From NCBI GenBank assembly GCA_965248535.1, contig CBDFJR010000005.1:1280001-1344000 (forward strand): 64,000 bases of DNA, in the 5' to 3' direction. Position numbers and translations under genes: made by a program. Origin of the DNA: Phormidesmis sp. (lineage in GTDB: Bacteria; Cyanobacteriota; Cyanobacteriia; Leptolyngbyales; Leptolyngbyaceae). Shown piece after piece: positions 48,645-58,831 of this stretch; positions within the stretch are counted from its first letter, which is position 1, and each line of letters starts with the position of its first letter. Below the pieces are notes generated by a model, which was not told the DNA's origin, did no database searches, and saw nothing but the letters and a program-made list of their open reading frames with translations.

Positions 48645-50816
48645 GTGAGGCGACTAGCGGTTTTTATCAGTTTGATGATTGGGTTGATCGGCGTGATTGG
48701 GTTTCCTGATATCGCGATCGCGCAACCCGAACGCACTCCTCTCACGTTAGAGCTTTTGCAAGAACGGCTGCGATCGCCCGTGCCCCGTGAAGGCACTCGA
48801 ATTCTCGACTTGCGGCGCACCACGATCGACCTACGCCCTGAAAATGCCGACTTCCGCGATCAGTTCTACAGTCTGGTGCAGGCGCAGTTACAGCGTCCGG
48901 GGTTGCCGTTGGGACTAGATCTGAGCTATTCGCTGATTGAGGGAGATTTGGCGATCGCCAAACTGGGGTTGCGGGCCCCTCTCTATGGAGAGTCGCTGTC
49001 TCCCATCTTCACGCCCACTGAGAAAGCCCAATTGCAGCGCGATCGTCGTCGGCTGTCGCGATTGAGCACGCTGTCACGATCGCTCTTAATCACGTCTAAA
49101 GAATCATCGCAAGCGCCTTCTGCCCAAATCACGGTGTTTCGCGGCCCGATTAAACTCGTGCAGACCCGCGTCACGGGCTTTGCAGACTTCACCAACACGT
49201 TTTTTCTCAATCGCCTAGAGGCTCCAGGGGCACAGTTTCCGGCGGGGGCAGATTGGTCACAGACCCGATTTAGTTTGCCTGTGAGCTTTACAAACGCCAA
49301 CTTTGGGCGAGAAGCGCTGTTTCGCAACAATATTTTTTTTGGCAAAGCAGACTTTAATCAGGCGCAGTTTCGCGGCGAGGTCAATTTTCAGAGCAGCGAG
49401 TTTCAGGCGACGGCAAACTTTAATCAGGCAGTCTTTTATCAATCGGCCAACTTTGGGCGGGTGCAGTGGCAGGGCAACGCCGATTTTGCCCAGACGCGCT
49501 GGCGAGAGCAAACGCTATTCACCAAAGACAAATTTAGTCAGTTATTTTTTCTGACGGATGCCACGTTTGAGCAATCGGTGATTTTCCGCGAAGCTCAATT
49601 TAATCGCGCTGTTAATCTGCGCGGAGCCACGATTCTCGATCGCGCTGATTTTAGCTATTGCTCTTTCTCAAAGGGGGCTTATCTCAACGTCGCCGGATTG
49701 CGATTTGACTCTGACAAAGCTAAGATTTTGGGCGATCCGGGGCAGATCGGCAAGGCGATCTCGGTGCCGACTTTGCAGGGCAATGAGAATCTGCTGCGGG
49801 AATTAGTGCGAAACTTTCGGCGACTGGAACAGATTTCTGACGCAAATCAAATCGATTACACGGCCCAGCGCCTGCGATCGCAACTGCTTTTGCAACGGCT
49901 ATTGGGCACCAATTTAAACACCGCCAAGCTACCTCAGTTGATCACAATCGGATTTGATGCGCGTCAGGCAGCGGCGATCGTGCAGCAGCGAGAAAAACAG
50001 CCCTTTCGCAATCCAACCGAGCTACTCACGGTGGCGGCGGTTGATTTAGAAACCTACATCAGAGTCCGCGATCGCGTGATCACGGTCGAGCCACTGTCGC
50101 CGATTTTGAATGGGCTAGATCACCTAAGCCTTGCGTTTAACTGGGTGGCTCTGAGCCTACTGCTGTTGTTAAGCCGCAACGGAACGAGCTTTTGGCTGAC
50201 CTTCGGGGTCGGACTGGTGACGATCGCCTATTTCAGCCTTTTGTTTTGGGGGGTTGATCGCTGGCGCAGACGCTATCCCAAACCGATCTTACCAACCTGG
50301 CGAGAGTTTGCTTGGGTCAGCAGTTTTGCCACAGTTCTCAATCTGGGGGGACTGTTGGCGGTGTTTCGCAACGGCGATCGCCCGTGGATGACCTTGGCGT
50401 GTTTGGCGATCGTCATGGTGCCCATTCCGCTGATCCTGATCGGACTGCTGATTCGGCAGGGTCGCTATCACCCATTATTAGACGCTAGCTATTTTGTTGA
50501 AGAAGGCACCCTGCGCCAGTTGCGAATCTTGATCGGACGGTTGCCAATTATTCCGCGAGAACCCGTGTTTCGCGATCGCTATCTGCCCATCTTGTGGGAT
50601 CGGCGGTGGAGTTGGCTCAACTATTTCGACTTCAGCTTTAACAACTTTTTGCGCTTTGGCTTTAACGATATTCGGCTGCGAGATCAGCATCTCCCTAACT
50701 TAGTGACTGGGCTTGTTTGGTATCAATGGAGTTTGGGTACGCTCTACATTGCCTTGCTGCTGTGGACACTTTCGCGCACGATTCCGGGTCTAAATTTACT
50801 GATTTACTTTAAGTAA
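48645..50816 (+). CDS. Pentapeptide-repeat membrane protein with helix-hairpin-helix module
   Basis: Signal peptide; A(D/N)FxxAxF repeats; NLNTAKLPQL..AAAIVQQRE..PFRNPTELL; several C-terminal TMs. Confidence 0.8.
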   Translation: MRRLAVFISLMIGLIGVIGFPDIAIAQPERTPLTLELLQERLRSPVPREGTRILDLRRTTIDLRPENADFRDQFYSLVQAQLQRPGLPLGLDLSYSLIEGDLAIAKLGLRAPLYGESLSPIFTPTEKAQLQRDRRRLSRLSTLSRSLLITSKESSQAPSAQITVFRGPIKLVQTRVTGFADFTNTFFLNRLEAPGAQFPAGADWSQTRFSLPVSFTNANFGREALFRNNIFFGKADFNQAQFRGEVNFQSSEFQATANFNQAVFYQSANFGRVQWQGNADFAQTRWREQTLFTKDKFSQLFFLTDATFEQSVIFREAQFNRAVNLRGATILDRADFSYCSFSKGAYLNVAGLRFDSDKAKILGDPGQIGKAISVPTLQGNENLLRELVRNFRRLEQISDANQIDYTAQRLRSQLLLQRLLGTNLNTAKLPQLITIGFDARQAAAIVQQREKQPFRNPTELLTVAAVDLETYIRVRDRVITVEPLSPILNGLDHLSLAFNWVALSLLLLLSRNGTSFWLTFGVGLVTIAYFSLLFWGVDRWRRRYPKPILPTWREFAWVSSFATVLNLGGLLAVFRNGDRPWMTLACLAIVMVPIPLILIGLLIRQGRYHPLLDASYFVEEGTLRQLRILIGRLPIIPREPVFRDRYLPILWDRRWSWLNYFDFSFNNFLRFGFNDIRLRDQHLPNLVTGLVWYQWSLGTLYIALLLWTLSRTIPGLNLLIYFK

Positions 50817-51080
50817 AATTTATAGCTCGCAACTGAGGCTCAATGGCTCTTAATGTCGAAAAATGACTCATCGTTCTCAAAATCAGCTAAATTCACAGAA
50901 TATTGTCCAGTTTTTGCAGATAATCTGAGGAATTGTTGTTAATACTGTTTGCCAGAAGGCTTGATTTATCTAGAGAAGTGAGCCAATAAAAAGCCAGCCA
51001 AATTTGATTTTCTGCCTACAATAAAAGCTCAAATTTAATTGATTTTCGTCAAATATCTTTAGTCCACGATCGATTGGTGT

Positions 51081-52589
51081 GTGTTGAGGAAGCCTGTGAA
51101 AAGCTCGAAGAAGCGACCCGTCTCTCAAAAGTCAGTTCCTGCGTCATCTGCTCAACCTAAACGAGCCGTTTCTAAACCCAAACCTTCAGCCCAGCCCAAA
51201 GGCAAAAAACTGCTCTGGCTGATGTTTTGTCTAACAGGGGTCGCCATGCTTTCGGCAACGGCAGGGGCATTACTTGCGGTTTCTCTCGCAAGCACCCCGC
51301 TCATGCAGCGCCAACTTAGCCCCGCTCAAGCCTCTGTGTTTGGCAAAGGCGGCATCTCAAGCCGAGGCAGCTTGAAACTCCCCGAACTGACGCGCCCCGT
51401 CAACATCTTGGTTTTGGGAGCCAAGGTGCTAACGACAGATTTGCAAAATCCCCCTGAAAACCTCAAAAATCTTCGCTATCAGGCGCTGGTCAACTCCTTT
51501 GATGGGTTGACCGATGTGATGCTGCTGCTGCGGTTTAACCCTGACACTAAAAAGCTGACGGTTCTCTCAGTGCCCAGAGATACGCGAACTTATATCCCCG
51601 ATCGCGGCATTCACAAAATTAACGAAGCCAATTTATATGGGGGTCCAGCGCTGAGTGCAAAGACGGTAAGTCAGTTGCTGGGCGGGGTGGGGGTCGATCG
51701 CTATGTCACCATCAACGTGCAGGGGGTGCAAGCGCTGATCGATGCCCTAGGCGGCGTGACGGTTTTTGTGCCCAAAGACATGAAATATAAAGACGACAGT
51801 CAACATCTTTATGTCAATCTCAAAGCAGGACGGCAACACCTCAACGGCGATCAAACCCTGCAACTGCTGCGCTTCCGCTATGACGAAAATGGCGATATTG
51901 GGCGAATTCAGCGCCAGCAAACCGTGATGCGCGCTCTGATGGAGCAGGCCCTTAACCCCACCACGGTGACTCAGATTCCTAAGCTGCTCTCGATTATTCA
52001 GTCTCACATCGACACTAATCTAACGGTCGAAGAACTGGTTGCCCTGACGGGCTTTGCCTCGCAGGTAAATCGATCGAACACTCAAATGCTGATGGTTCCG
52101 GGTGAGTTTAGCGCTCCGGGTGAATATGACGCGAGCTATTGGCTGCCTCACCCGGCTGATATTCAGAAGTTAGTCGGTCAACATCTCGATTTTGGCACCA
52201 CAGCATTGACCGAAGATCAGCCCGCGACACTGAGGGTTGCGATTCAAAACAGCATTCCTCAAGAGCGAGGGGTGCAGTCGGTGCTCACCACCTTGAGAGG
52301 AGCCGGATTTAACAATGTCTATCAAGACAAACCCTGGACAGAGCCATTGAGCATCACGCGCATTGTCGCCCAGCAAGGTGACGTGATTGGGGCTGAGGCG
52401 GTGCGGCGATCGCTAGGGTTTGGCGAAGTCAGAATCGAGGCCACGGGAAGCCTTGACTCAGATGTGACCATTCAAATCGGCAAAGATGCCCTTCAGCCGC
52501 CTAAAAAGCTGCTGCGTCCGGGGCTAAAAGATCCCGCTGAGGGTCGAGGTGAGCCACGATCGCTCACCAACCCTGCCAACAAAGGCTAG
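51081..52589 (+). CDS. LCP (LytR-CpsA-Psr) family protein with LytR_C domain
   Basis: TM; TDVMLL, SVPRDT, KINEAN, RFRYD..GDIGRIQRQQ; start may be GTG 51096. Confidence 0.92.
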   Translation: MLRKPVKSSKKRPVSQKSVPASSAQPKRAVSKPKPSAQPKGKKLLWLMFCLTGVAMLSATAGALLAVSLASTPLMQRQLSPAQASVFGKGGISSRGSLKLPELTRPVNILVLGAKVLTTDLQNPPENLKNLRYQALVNSFDGLTDVMLLLRFNPDTKKLTVLSVPRDTRTYIPDRGIHKINEANLYGGPALSAKTVSQLLGGVGVDRYVTINVQGVQALIDALGGVTVFVPKDMKYKDDSQHLYVNLKAGRQHLNGDQTLQLLRFRYDENGDIGRIQRQQTVMRALMEQALNPTTVTQIPKLLSIIQSHIDTNLTVEELVALTGFASQVNRSNTQMLMVPGEFSAPGEYDASYWLPHPADIQKLVGQHLDFGTTALTEDQPATLRVAIQNSIPQERGVQSVLTTLRGAGFNNVYQDKPWTEPLSITRIVAQQGDVIGAEAVRRSLGFGEVRIEATGSLDSDVTIQIGKDALQPPKKLLRPGLKDPAEGRGEPRSLTNPANKG

Positions 52590-52610
52590 AGCGTTGTGAT
52601 CTGATGAGCG

Positions 52611-52907
52611 TCAAAACTCTTCGTCAGTCAGCGTTTCAATCAACAGATCGACTTGTCGCTGACGTTGAGCTAAAAAGGTTTCGCACTGTCTCAAATGCTT
52701 GACGGCGGTCGAAAATTGCTCAAAGACATCGGCCAGATCTAACTCACCCGACTCAATGCGCGCCAAGATCGACTCAACTTGAGCTACTGTTTCCTCATAG
52801 TTCCAGTCGGTTTGGAGCGCGTGACTCGATCGGGTTGCCGCGATTGAGTCTTCATCCGCTTCGATTTGCTTAGAATAGGCTGCATTTGAGCCAGGGGGAA
52901 TAGTCAT
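52611..52907 (-). CDS. xseB: Exodeoxyribonuclease VII small subunit
   Basis: [27 protein letters not shown]; follows xseA. Confidence 0.88.
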   Translation of the reverse strand: MTIPPGSNAAYSKQIEADEDSIAATRSSHALQTDWNYEETVAQVESILARIESGELDLADVFEQFSTAVKHLRQCETFLAQRQRQVDLLIETLTDEEF

Positions 52908-52955
52908 GCAGCGCCCCAAAGTGACGGTGAATTCTGACTCTTTTATTTATAGTCT

Positions 52956-54209
52956 TTATTGCTCAAAGCTGGGTGAAGCGATCGTGACTTTGGTGACCTT
53001 GACGGTGAGGTGACCCTGCCCTAACTGAATCGATAGATCCTCCCCCAGAGAGACTTCTAGCGCCGATCGCGCAATGCTGCCGTTAATCTGACGCACCACT
53101 GCATAGCCGCGTTGAAGCACAGCTTGCGGGTCAAGGGTTGTTAACTTTTCTTGTAAAAGCTGATGGTGTTGAGTTGCCTCTTGAAAGGGGCGCAGGGTCG
53201 ATTGAATCAAACGCTGCCTCAGCCAAGACACTACCTGAGCTTCTTGTTTGATCTGACGATCGAGCTTGAGGCGTTTGACCCGATCGCGCAGACTTTGGAG
53301 GCGATCGCGCTCGACTTCTAAATACTGAGTCACCGCTTGATTTAGGGACTGAAATCGATCCTGATGCTCAGTGTGCAGATGCGCCAGAAAAGGGATCGCT
53401 TGCTCGGCCGCGGCAGTCGGGGTATGGGCACACACATCAGCAGCTAGGTCTGCCAGTGACTCATCGCGCTGATGCCCAATGCCCGCAATGACCGGAATCG
53501 AGCAATTTGCTACCGCCCGCACCACCAATTCGTCATTAAAACAGGCCATATCTTCGATCGCACCGCCACCCCGTGATAGAATTAGTACATCCGCTCTACG
53601 ATCTCGTTCGACTCTGGCGATCGCGGCTACGATCGACGCGGGAGCCTGATCTCCCTGCACTAGTGCCGGAGAAAACAGCACCCGCAACCCTGGATAGCGC
53701 CGCTTGAGAGTGCGTTGGATGTCTCCCCAAGCTGCGGCTTGAGGCGAGGTAACCACCGCCACCGTCTGCGGATGCACCGGGAGAGGACGCTTTCTCTCTA
53801 GGTCAAAGAGTCCTTCTCGCTCTAAGCGGTTTCGCAACTGCCGATAGCGCAGAGCTAAGAGTCCTTCTCCTTCTGGGAGCGCCTGCCAGACAATCAACTG
53901 GTAATTGCCCCGTTGAGGATGGACGTGCACCCGACCCAGCAAAATCAACTGCTCTCCCTGGGCTGGCAGCGTGGCCAATTTGTCGAGTTGGCTATTCCAC
54001 ACGACGCAGCTAATTGAGGCTTTAGCATCGGGGTCTTGCAGCGTAAAAAACAACCCGCTGCGATATCGTGACGCGCTAGAGACTTCCCCTCTCACCCAAA
54101 CTTGACGCAGTTGATCATCTTGCTCAAGCAGCAGTTGAATATAGGCGGTTAACCCCCCCACCGACAGGGCGGAATCTGGGACGATCGGGCCGGGCACATT
54201 AAAGGACAT
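52956..54209 (-). CDS. xseA: Exodeoxyribonuclease VII large subunit
   Basis: WVRGEVS, RGGGAIED..FNDE, GIGHQRD and TPTAAAE motifs. Confidence 0.95.
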   Translation of the reverse strand: MSFNVPGPIVPDSALSVGGLTAYIQLLLEQDDQLRQVWVRGEVSSASRYRSGLFFTLQDPDAKASISCVVWNSQLDKLATLPAQGEQLILLGRVHVHPQRGNYQLIVWQALPEGEGLLALRYRQLRNRLEREGLFDLERKRPLPVHPQTVAVVTSPQAAAWGDIQRTLKRRYPGLRVLFSPALVQGDQAPASIVAAIARVERDRRADVLILSRGGGAIEDMACFNDELVVRAVANCSIPVIAGIGHQRDESLADLAADVCAHTPTAAAEQAIPFLAHLHTEHQDRFQSLNQAVTQYLEVERDRLQSLRDRVKRLKLDRQIKQEAQVVSWLRQRLIQSTLRPFQEATQHHQLLQEKLTTLDPQAVLQRGYAVVRQINGSIARSALEVSLGEDLSIQLGQGHLTVKVTKVTIASPSFEQ

Positions 54210-54362
54210 CACAGGTAACCTGGAGAAAGCAGCATCAAACTCTCGATCGATTTCCACTGAAATTTCTAACTCTCATGCTACAAGGTTAATCACGAGTCGC
54301 CATCTTAGACTCTCGACCCCCGCTGAATTTATCTCTCCAACCCTTTCTTTTTTGAGGCGCTA

Positions 54363-55448
54363 ATGGCTAGCAGTAAAACAACCGAAAGTTCCGATAAGCA
54401 AAAAGCCCTGACGATGGTGCTCACCCAGATCGAGCGCAACTTTGGGAAAGGCAGCATTATGCGTCTGGGGGATGCCACCCGGATGAAGGTTGAAACCATT
54501 CCGAGTGGCGCTCTAACGCTAGACTTGGCGCTGGGGGGAGGGTTGCCAAAGGGTCGAGTGATTGAGATCTATGGCCCCGAAAGTTCGGGTAAGACGACGG
54601 TGGCGCTGCACGCGGTTGCCGAAGTGCAAAAAACCGGGGGAACGGCCGCCTATATTGATGCCGAGCACGCCCTTGACCCCAAATATGCGGCGGCTTTGGG
54701 CGTGGATATTGCCAATCTGCTGATCTCTCAGCCTGACACTGGGGAAGCCGCTCTAGAGATTGTGGATCAATTGGTGCGATCGACCGCCGTAGATATCGTG
54801 GTCATCGACTCCGTAGCGGCTCTGGTGCCTCGCGCTGAAATTGAGGGCGAAATGGGCGATTCTCACATGGGTTTGCAAGCTCGGTTGATGAGTCAAGCTC
54901 TGCGAAAAATCACCGGAAACATTGGCAAATCTGGCTGCACAGTGGTCTTTATCAACCAGTTGCGCCAAAAGATCGGCGTGACCTACGGCAGCCCCGAAAC
55001 CACCACGGGCGGGCAGGCGTTGAAATATTATGCCTCGGTGCGTCTGGATATTCGCCGCATTCAAACCCTGAAGCGGGGCAACGAAGAATATGGCAACCGT
55101 GCCAAGGTAAAAGTTGCCAAAAACAAGATTGCTCCCCCGTTCCGCATTGCTGAGTTTGACATCATTTTTGGCAAGGGCATCTCTACGATCGGGTGTCTGG
55201 TTGACCTAGCCGAAGAGACGGGCGTAATCGTTCGCAAGGGTGCCTGGTATAGCTATAACGGCGATAACATCAGTCAAGGACGCGACAATGCAGTCAAATA
55301 CATGGAAGAGAAGCCCGATATCGCCAAAGAAGTTGAAAAACTGGTGCGCGAGAAGCTCGAAATGGGGGCCGTGGTTTCGGCTAACTCGGTGGGAGTGGCT
55401 GACCCAGATGACGAAGAAGACGAAGAGTTTGTAGAAGCCGAAGCGTAA
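54363..55448 (+). CDS. recA: Recombinase A
   Basis: [17 protein letters not shown] and [11 protein letters not shown] motifs. Confidence 0.99.
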   Translation: MASSKTTESSDKQKALTMVLTQIERNFGKGSIMRLGDATRMKVETIPSGALTLDLALGGGLPKGRVIEIYGPESSGKTTVALHAVAEVQKTGGTAAYIDAEHALDPKYAAALGVDIANLLISQPDTGEAALEIVDQLVRSTAVDIVVIDSVAALVPRAEIEGEMGDSHMGLQARLMSQALRKITGNIGKSGCTVVFINQLRQKIGVTYGSPETTTGGQALKYYASVRLDIRRIQTLKRGNEEYGNRAKVKVAKNKIAPPFRIAEFDIIFGKGISTIGCLVDLAEETGVIVRKGAWYSYNGDNISQGRDNAVKYMEEKPDIAKEVEKLVREKLEMGAVVSANSVGVADPDDEEDEEFVEAEA

Positions 55449-55466
55449 GGTTTAAGGCTCAATCTC

Positions 55467-55494
55467 AGAGGGTAGACATTTGGACTACCCTTTT
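55467..55494 (+). terminator. Probable intrinsic terminator after recA
   Basis: AGGGTAG-loop-CTACCCT followed by TTT. Confidence 0.55.
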
Positions 55495-55641
55495 GATGAT
55501 TTGGACTCGATCGGGCGATTCAGCCTCTTAGGACTTAGACGATCGACTATCTGCACCATCAGAAACCTCTTCTATCGCGACTATGCCGATCTCTGTCCAC
55601 TTCCCTACAATGGGGAGAGAGTCCTTCTGCTGCTTTGACGT

Positions 55642-56847
55642 ATGCCTCAACAACCTGCCCGTATTTGTATTCTTGGTGGCGGATTTGGTGGTCTCTACAC
55701 TGCGTTGAGATTGGGCCAATTGCCTTGGACAAAGGCAGAAAAACCAGAAATTGTGCTGGTTGATCAGCGCGATCGCTTCGTCTTTGCTCCCTTGCTCTAT
55801 GAACTGGTTACGGGCGAGTTGCAAAGCTGGGAAGTGGCACCGCCCTACGCAGAATTGCTCGAAAACACAGGCATTCGCTTCTGCCAAAAAGAAGTTGCTC
55901 ACATTGATATTGAGTCTAAGCAAGTCCGGCTTCAAGACGGTGAAGCCTTGACCTACGATCGGCTAGTCTTAGCGATGGGTGGCGAGACTCCGCTCGATTT
56001 GGTGCCCGGTGCGGCAGATCACGCGTTGCCCTTTCGCACGATCGCAGATGCCTATCGACTCGAAGAACGGCTGCGGCAGCTAGAAGCATCAGACGGCGAC
56101 AAGATTCGGATTGCGATCGTGGGCGCAGGCTATAGCGGGGTCGAGTTGGCCTGTAAACTAGCGGATCGGTTAGGCGATCGGTTGCGACTGCGATTGGTTG
56201 AGCAGACCGATCAAATTCTGCGGTCGTCTCCAGCCCACAATCGCGAAGCGGCTGATAAAGCCCTGCAATCACGGGGCGTTTGGCTAGATTTAGAGACGAC
56301 CGTAGAAGCGATCGCCGCCGACGCAATCTCTCTGAGCTACAAGGGTGCTAGCGACACGATTCCCGTTGACCTGGTGCTGTGGACGGTGGGCACTCGCGTC
56401 AATCAGGTGGTGCGAGACTTGCCGCTTAAGCAAAACCAGCGTGGGCAACTGCTGACCACGCCCACGCTGCAAGTGGTTGACTCTCCAAACGTGTTTGCCC
56501 TGGGTGATTTGGCAGATTGCAAAGATGCGGATGGTCAACAGGTTCCCCCCACGGCTCAGGCGGCGTTTCAACAGTCTGATTATGCAGGCTGGAATATTTG
56601 GGCATCGCTCACCCATCGCCCGCTCTTGCCGTTTCGCTATCAGCATTTGGGCGAGATGATGACCCTAGGTGAAAACAATGCAACCATGACGGGCATGGGC
56701 TTTCAGCTAGACGGGACGCTTGCTCACATTGTGCGACGGCTCGCTTATTTAAATCGGATGCCTACGCTAAAACATCAGATTCGAGTCGGGTTAAATTGGG
56801 TGATGAAGCCGATCGCTGACACTCTAGCAGGCACCCACGATCGTTAA
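55642..56847 (+). CDS. ndbB: Type II NAD(P)H dehydrogenase (NdbB/NDC1-like)
   Basis: GGGFGGLY, FAPLLYE, GAGYSGVELA, FALGD and PPTAQAAFQQ motifs. Confidence 0.8.
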   Translation: MPQQPARICILGGGFGGLYTALRLGQLPWTKAEKPEIVLVDQRDRFVFAPLLYELVTGELQSWEVAPPYAELLENTGIRFCQKEVAHIDIESKQVRLQDGEALTYDRLVLAMGGETPLDLVPGAADHALPFRTIADAYRLEERLRQLEASDGDKIRIAIVGAGYSGVELACKLADRLGDRLRLRLVEQTDQILRSSPAHNREAADKALQSRGVWLDLETTVEAIAADAISLSYKGASDTIPVDLVLWTVGTRVNQVVRDLPLKQNQRGQLLTTPTLQVVDSPNVFALGDLADCKDADGQQVPPTAQAAFQQSDYAGWNIWASLTHRPLLPFRYQHLGEMMTLGENNATMTGMGFQLDGTLAHIVRRLAYLNRMPTLKHQIRVGLNWVMKPIADTLAGTHDR

Positions 56848-56919
56848 CAGATTCAGTGATTCCAGTCATTGCTAATGTCATCTCTTTTGCGTTCACCGCC
56901 CTGATCTCCAAAAGTTTCT

Positions 56920-57570
56920 ATGAATCGCCCTGCGCTAATTTTTTTTGATGCTGTTGGGACGCTGTTTGGCGTGCGTGGCAGCGTTGGCGAAGTCTATAGT
57001 CAAATAGCTCGTGATTATGGAGTTTATGTTTCGATTGAGGTTTTAAATCAAGCCTTTTATCAACGCTTTAAGGCGGCGAGTTCTCCTGCATTTCCAGGGC
57101 ATTCTCTAAGGGAAATTCCCGATTTAGAGTTTCGCTGGTGGAAGGCGATCGCCGAGCAAACCTTTGCTCAGATCGGGGTGCTGCATGAGTTTTCCGATTT
57201 TTCTGCATTTTTTGCCGACCTCTATCAGCATTTTGCCACCGCCGAACCCTGGGTGCTCTATGCAGACGTGATGCCAACGTTGACGCGGTTGCGCGATCGC
57301 CACATCACCCTAGGCGTTTTGTCTAACTTCGATTCTCGGCTTTACTCGGTTCTCAACGCGCTGGATCTAATGAGTTTTTTTAGCTCGGTGACGATCTCAA
57401 CCGAAGTCGGAGCCGCTAAACCCAATCCGCAAATTTTTGCCCACGCGATCGCCAAACACGACTATCCGGCTCACCAGATCTGGCACGTTGGCGATAGTTT
57501 TGAAGAAGACTTTAAAGCCGCCCAAAGCGCAGGGTTGAGAGGAATCTGGCTCGATCGCGCCTCGACGTAA
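56920..57570 (+). CDS. HAD-superfamily hydrolase
   Basis: FDAVGTL, SNFD, KPNP and HVGDS..D motifs. Confidence 0.92.
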   Translation: MNRPALIFFDAVGTLFGVRGSVGEVYSQIARDYGVYVSIEVLNQAFYQRFKAASSPAFPGHSLREIPDLEFRWWKAIAEQTFAQIGVLHEFSDFSAFFADLYQHFATAEPWVLYADVMPTLTRLRDRHITLGVLSNFDSRLYSVLNALDLMSFFSSVTISTEVGAAKPNPQIFAHAIAKHDYPAHQIWHVGDSFEEDFKAAQSAGLRGIWLDRAST

Positions 57571-57597
57571 GGATAATTTGGCATTCCGGTCTAATAT

Positions 57598-57611
57598 AGT
57601 ACCCAAGTACC
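57598..57611. promoter_or_regulatory. LexA box upstream of nurA
   Basis: AGTACCCAAGTACC fits RGTACNNNDGTWCB and overlaps a TATAGT -10-like hexamer (57595-57600). Confidence 0.7.
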
Positions 57612-57628
57612 AAAATTATCCTGTCACT

Positions 57629-58804
57629 ATGCCGATTAAGCCGTCTCAAATCTTGAGCTTGCTGCAAGAAAAGCGCGATGATTTTATGAGCTATGACAAA
57701 ACCGCGCTGCAAGAGCTTCAGCAATATAGAGCGGCGTTGGCGAAGATGTCGCAGCAGTCATCAGAGACGCTGCTTGAGACCCTAAGCGGCATGAAAGACT
57801 GCGGAGCCTCGCCCTTAGAGCCGTTGGGAAAATTTTCTGATTGGGTGATTCCGTCTCAGCTAGCCTGGCAAAACCGAGAACAGAGTTTGGATTGGGTGCG
57901 CGATCGCATCACCGGAATTTCTACGTTTGCGGTCGATGGCTCTCAAATTTACCCTAGCAAAGATATCTCGGTGCCCGTGGCGCTGGTGCAAATCGGGTGG
58001 TATGAAAATTTTCACTTGCCCTCTGGGGTTTATGAAAAAGACATTGATTTAGATGTGATGACCCCCCACGATCTGCGGGTAGGACGGGGCGATCTCGCCG
58101 ATCGTAAGGTCAATCTCCGCCGTTTTGAGATGGAGACCGATCGCCTGATTCAATACATGGAAGAGCGATCGGGCTGTGAGACCTGTCTCGCTTTTTTTGA
58201 TGGCTCGTTAGTGGTCACCTTTGCAGAAGCATTCGACGAAGAAACTCGAAATTTTTATGTCAAATGTATGGGCAAACTCCTGCAAGCTAGCGAGCATTAT
58301 CGAGTCCCGTTAGTGGGCTATATCGACACGTCTACGGCCCACGATTTGACCGAAATGCTGCGTCGTCTGGGCAATCTGCCGGAGACAAAATCGATTCACG
58401 ATGCTCAACTTCTCAACCGCACCCAAAATCATGCGATGGAATGGGGCGATCGCACGCCTCTTTTTCGCTGCCAGAGATCGGGCATTCTCGATCACTACGG
58501 CGATCAGGGCGACAAAATTGCGTTTACCTATCTCAAAACCAACAAAGACAGTTACCCCGTGCGGCTAGAAATGCCCACATGGATTTATCAAGCAGGCTGG
58601 CACGATCGCATCATCGACTGGGTGCGGGCCGAAGTCGTGATCGGCAGCGGCTATCCCTATGTGATCGAGACCGCAGACCAGGTTGCCGTGTTAAAAAACG
58701 ACGATCGCCAAGTCTTCTATCGACTGCTGCAAGATTGGGCCGATCAAGAAGATTTGAAGCTGCGCCTATCGCGCAAGATGGTGAGCAAAGCCCGACGACG
58801 ATAG
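57629..58804 (+). CDS. nurA: NurA-family double-strand-break repair nuclease
   Basis: FAVDGSQ, FFDGSL, RLEMP and GYPYVIETAD motifs; start placed at ATG 57629. Confidence 0.85.
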   Translation: MPIKPSQILSLLQEKRDDFMSYDKTALQELQQYRAALAKMSQQSSETLLETLSGMKDCGASPLEPLGKFSDWVIPSQLAWQNREQSLDWVRDRITGISTFAVDGSQIYPSKDISVPVALVQIGWYENFHLPSGVYEKDIDLDVMTPHDLRVGRGDLADRKVNLRRFEMETDRLIQYMEERSGCETCLAFFDGSLVVTFAEAFDEETRNFYVKCMGKLLQASEHYRVPLVGYIDTSTAHDLTEMLRRLGNLPETKSIHDAQLLNRTQNHAMEWGDRTPLFRCQRSGILDHYGDQGDKIAFTYLKTNKDSYPVRLEMPTWIYQAGWHDRIIDWVRAEVVIGSGYPYVIETADQVAVLKNDDRQVFYRLLQDWADQEDLKLRLSRKMVSKARRR

Positions 58805-58831
58805 GCTTTTGACCAATATTCAAACTAAGAA

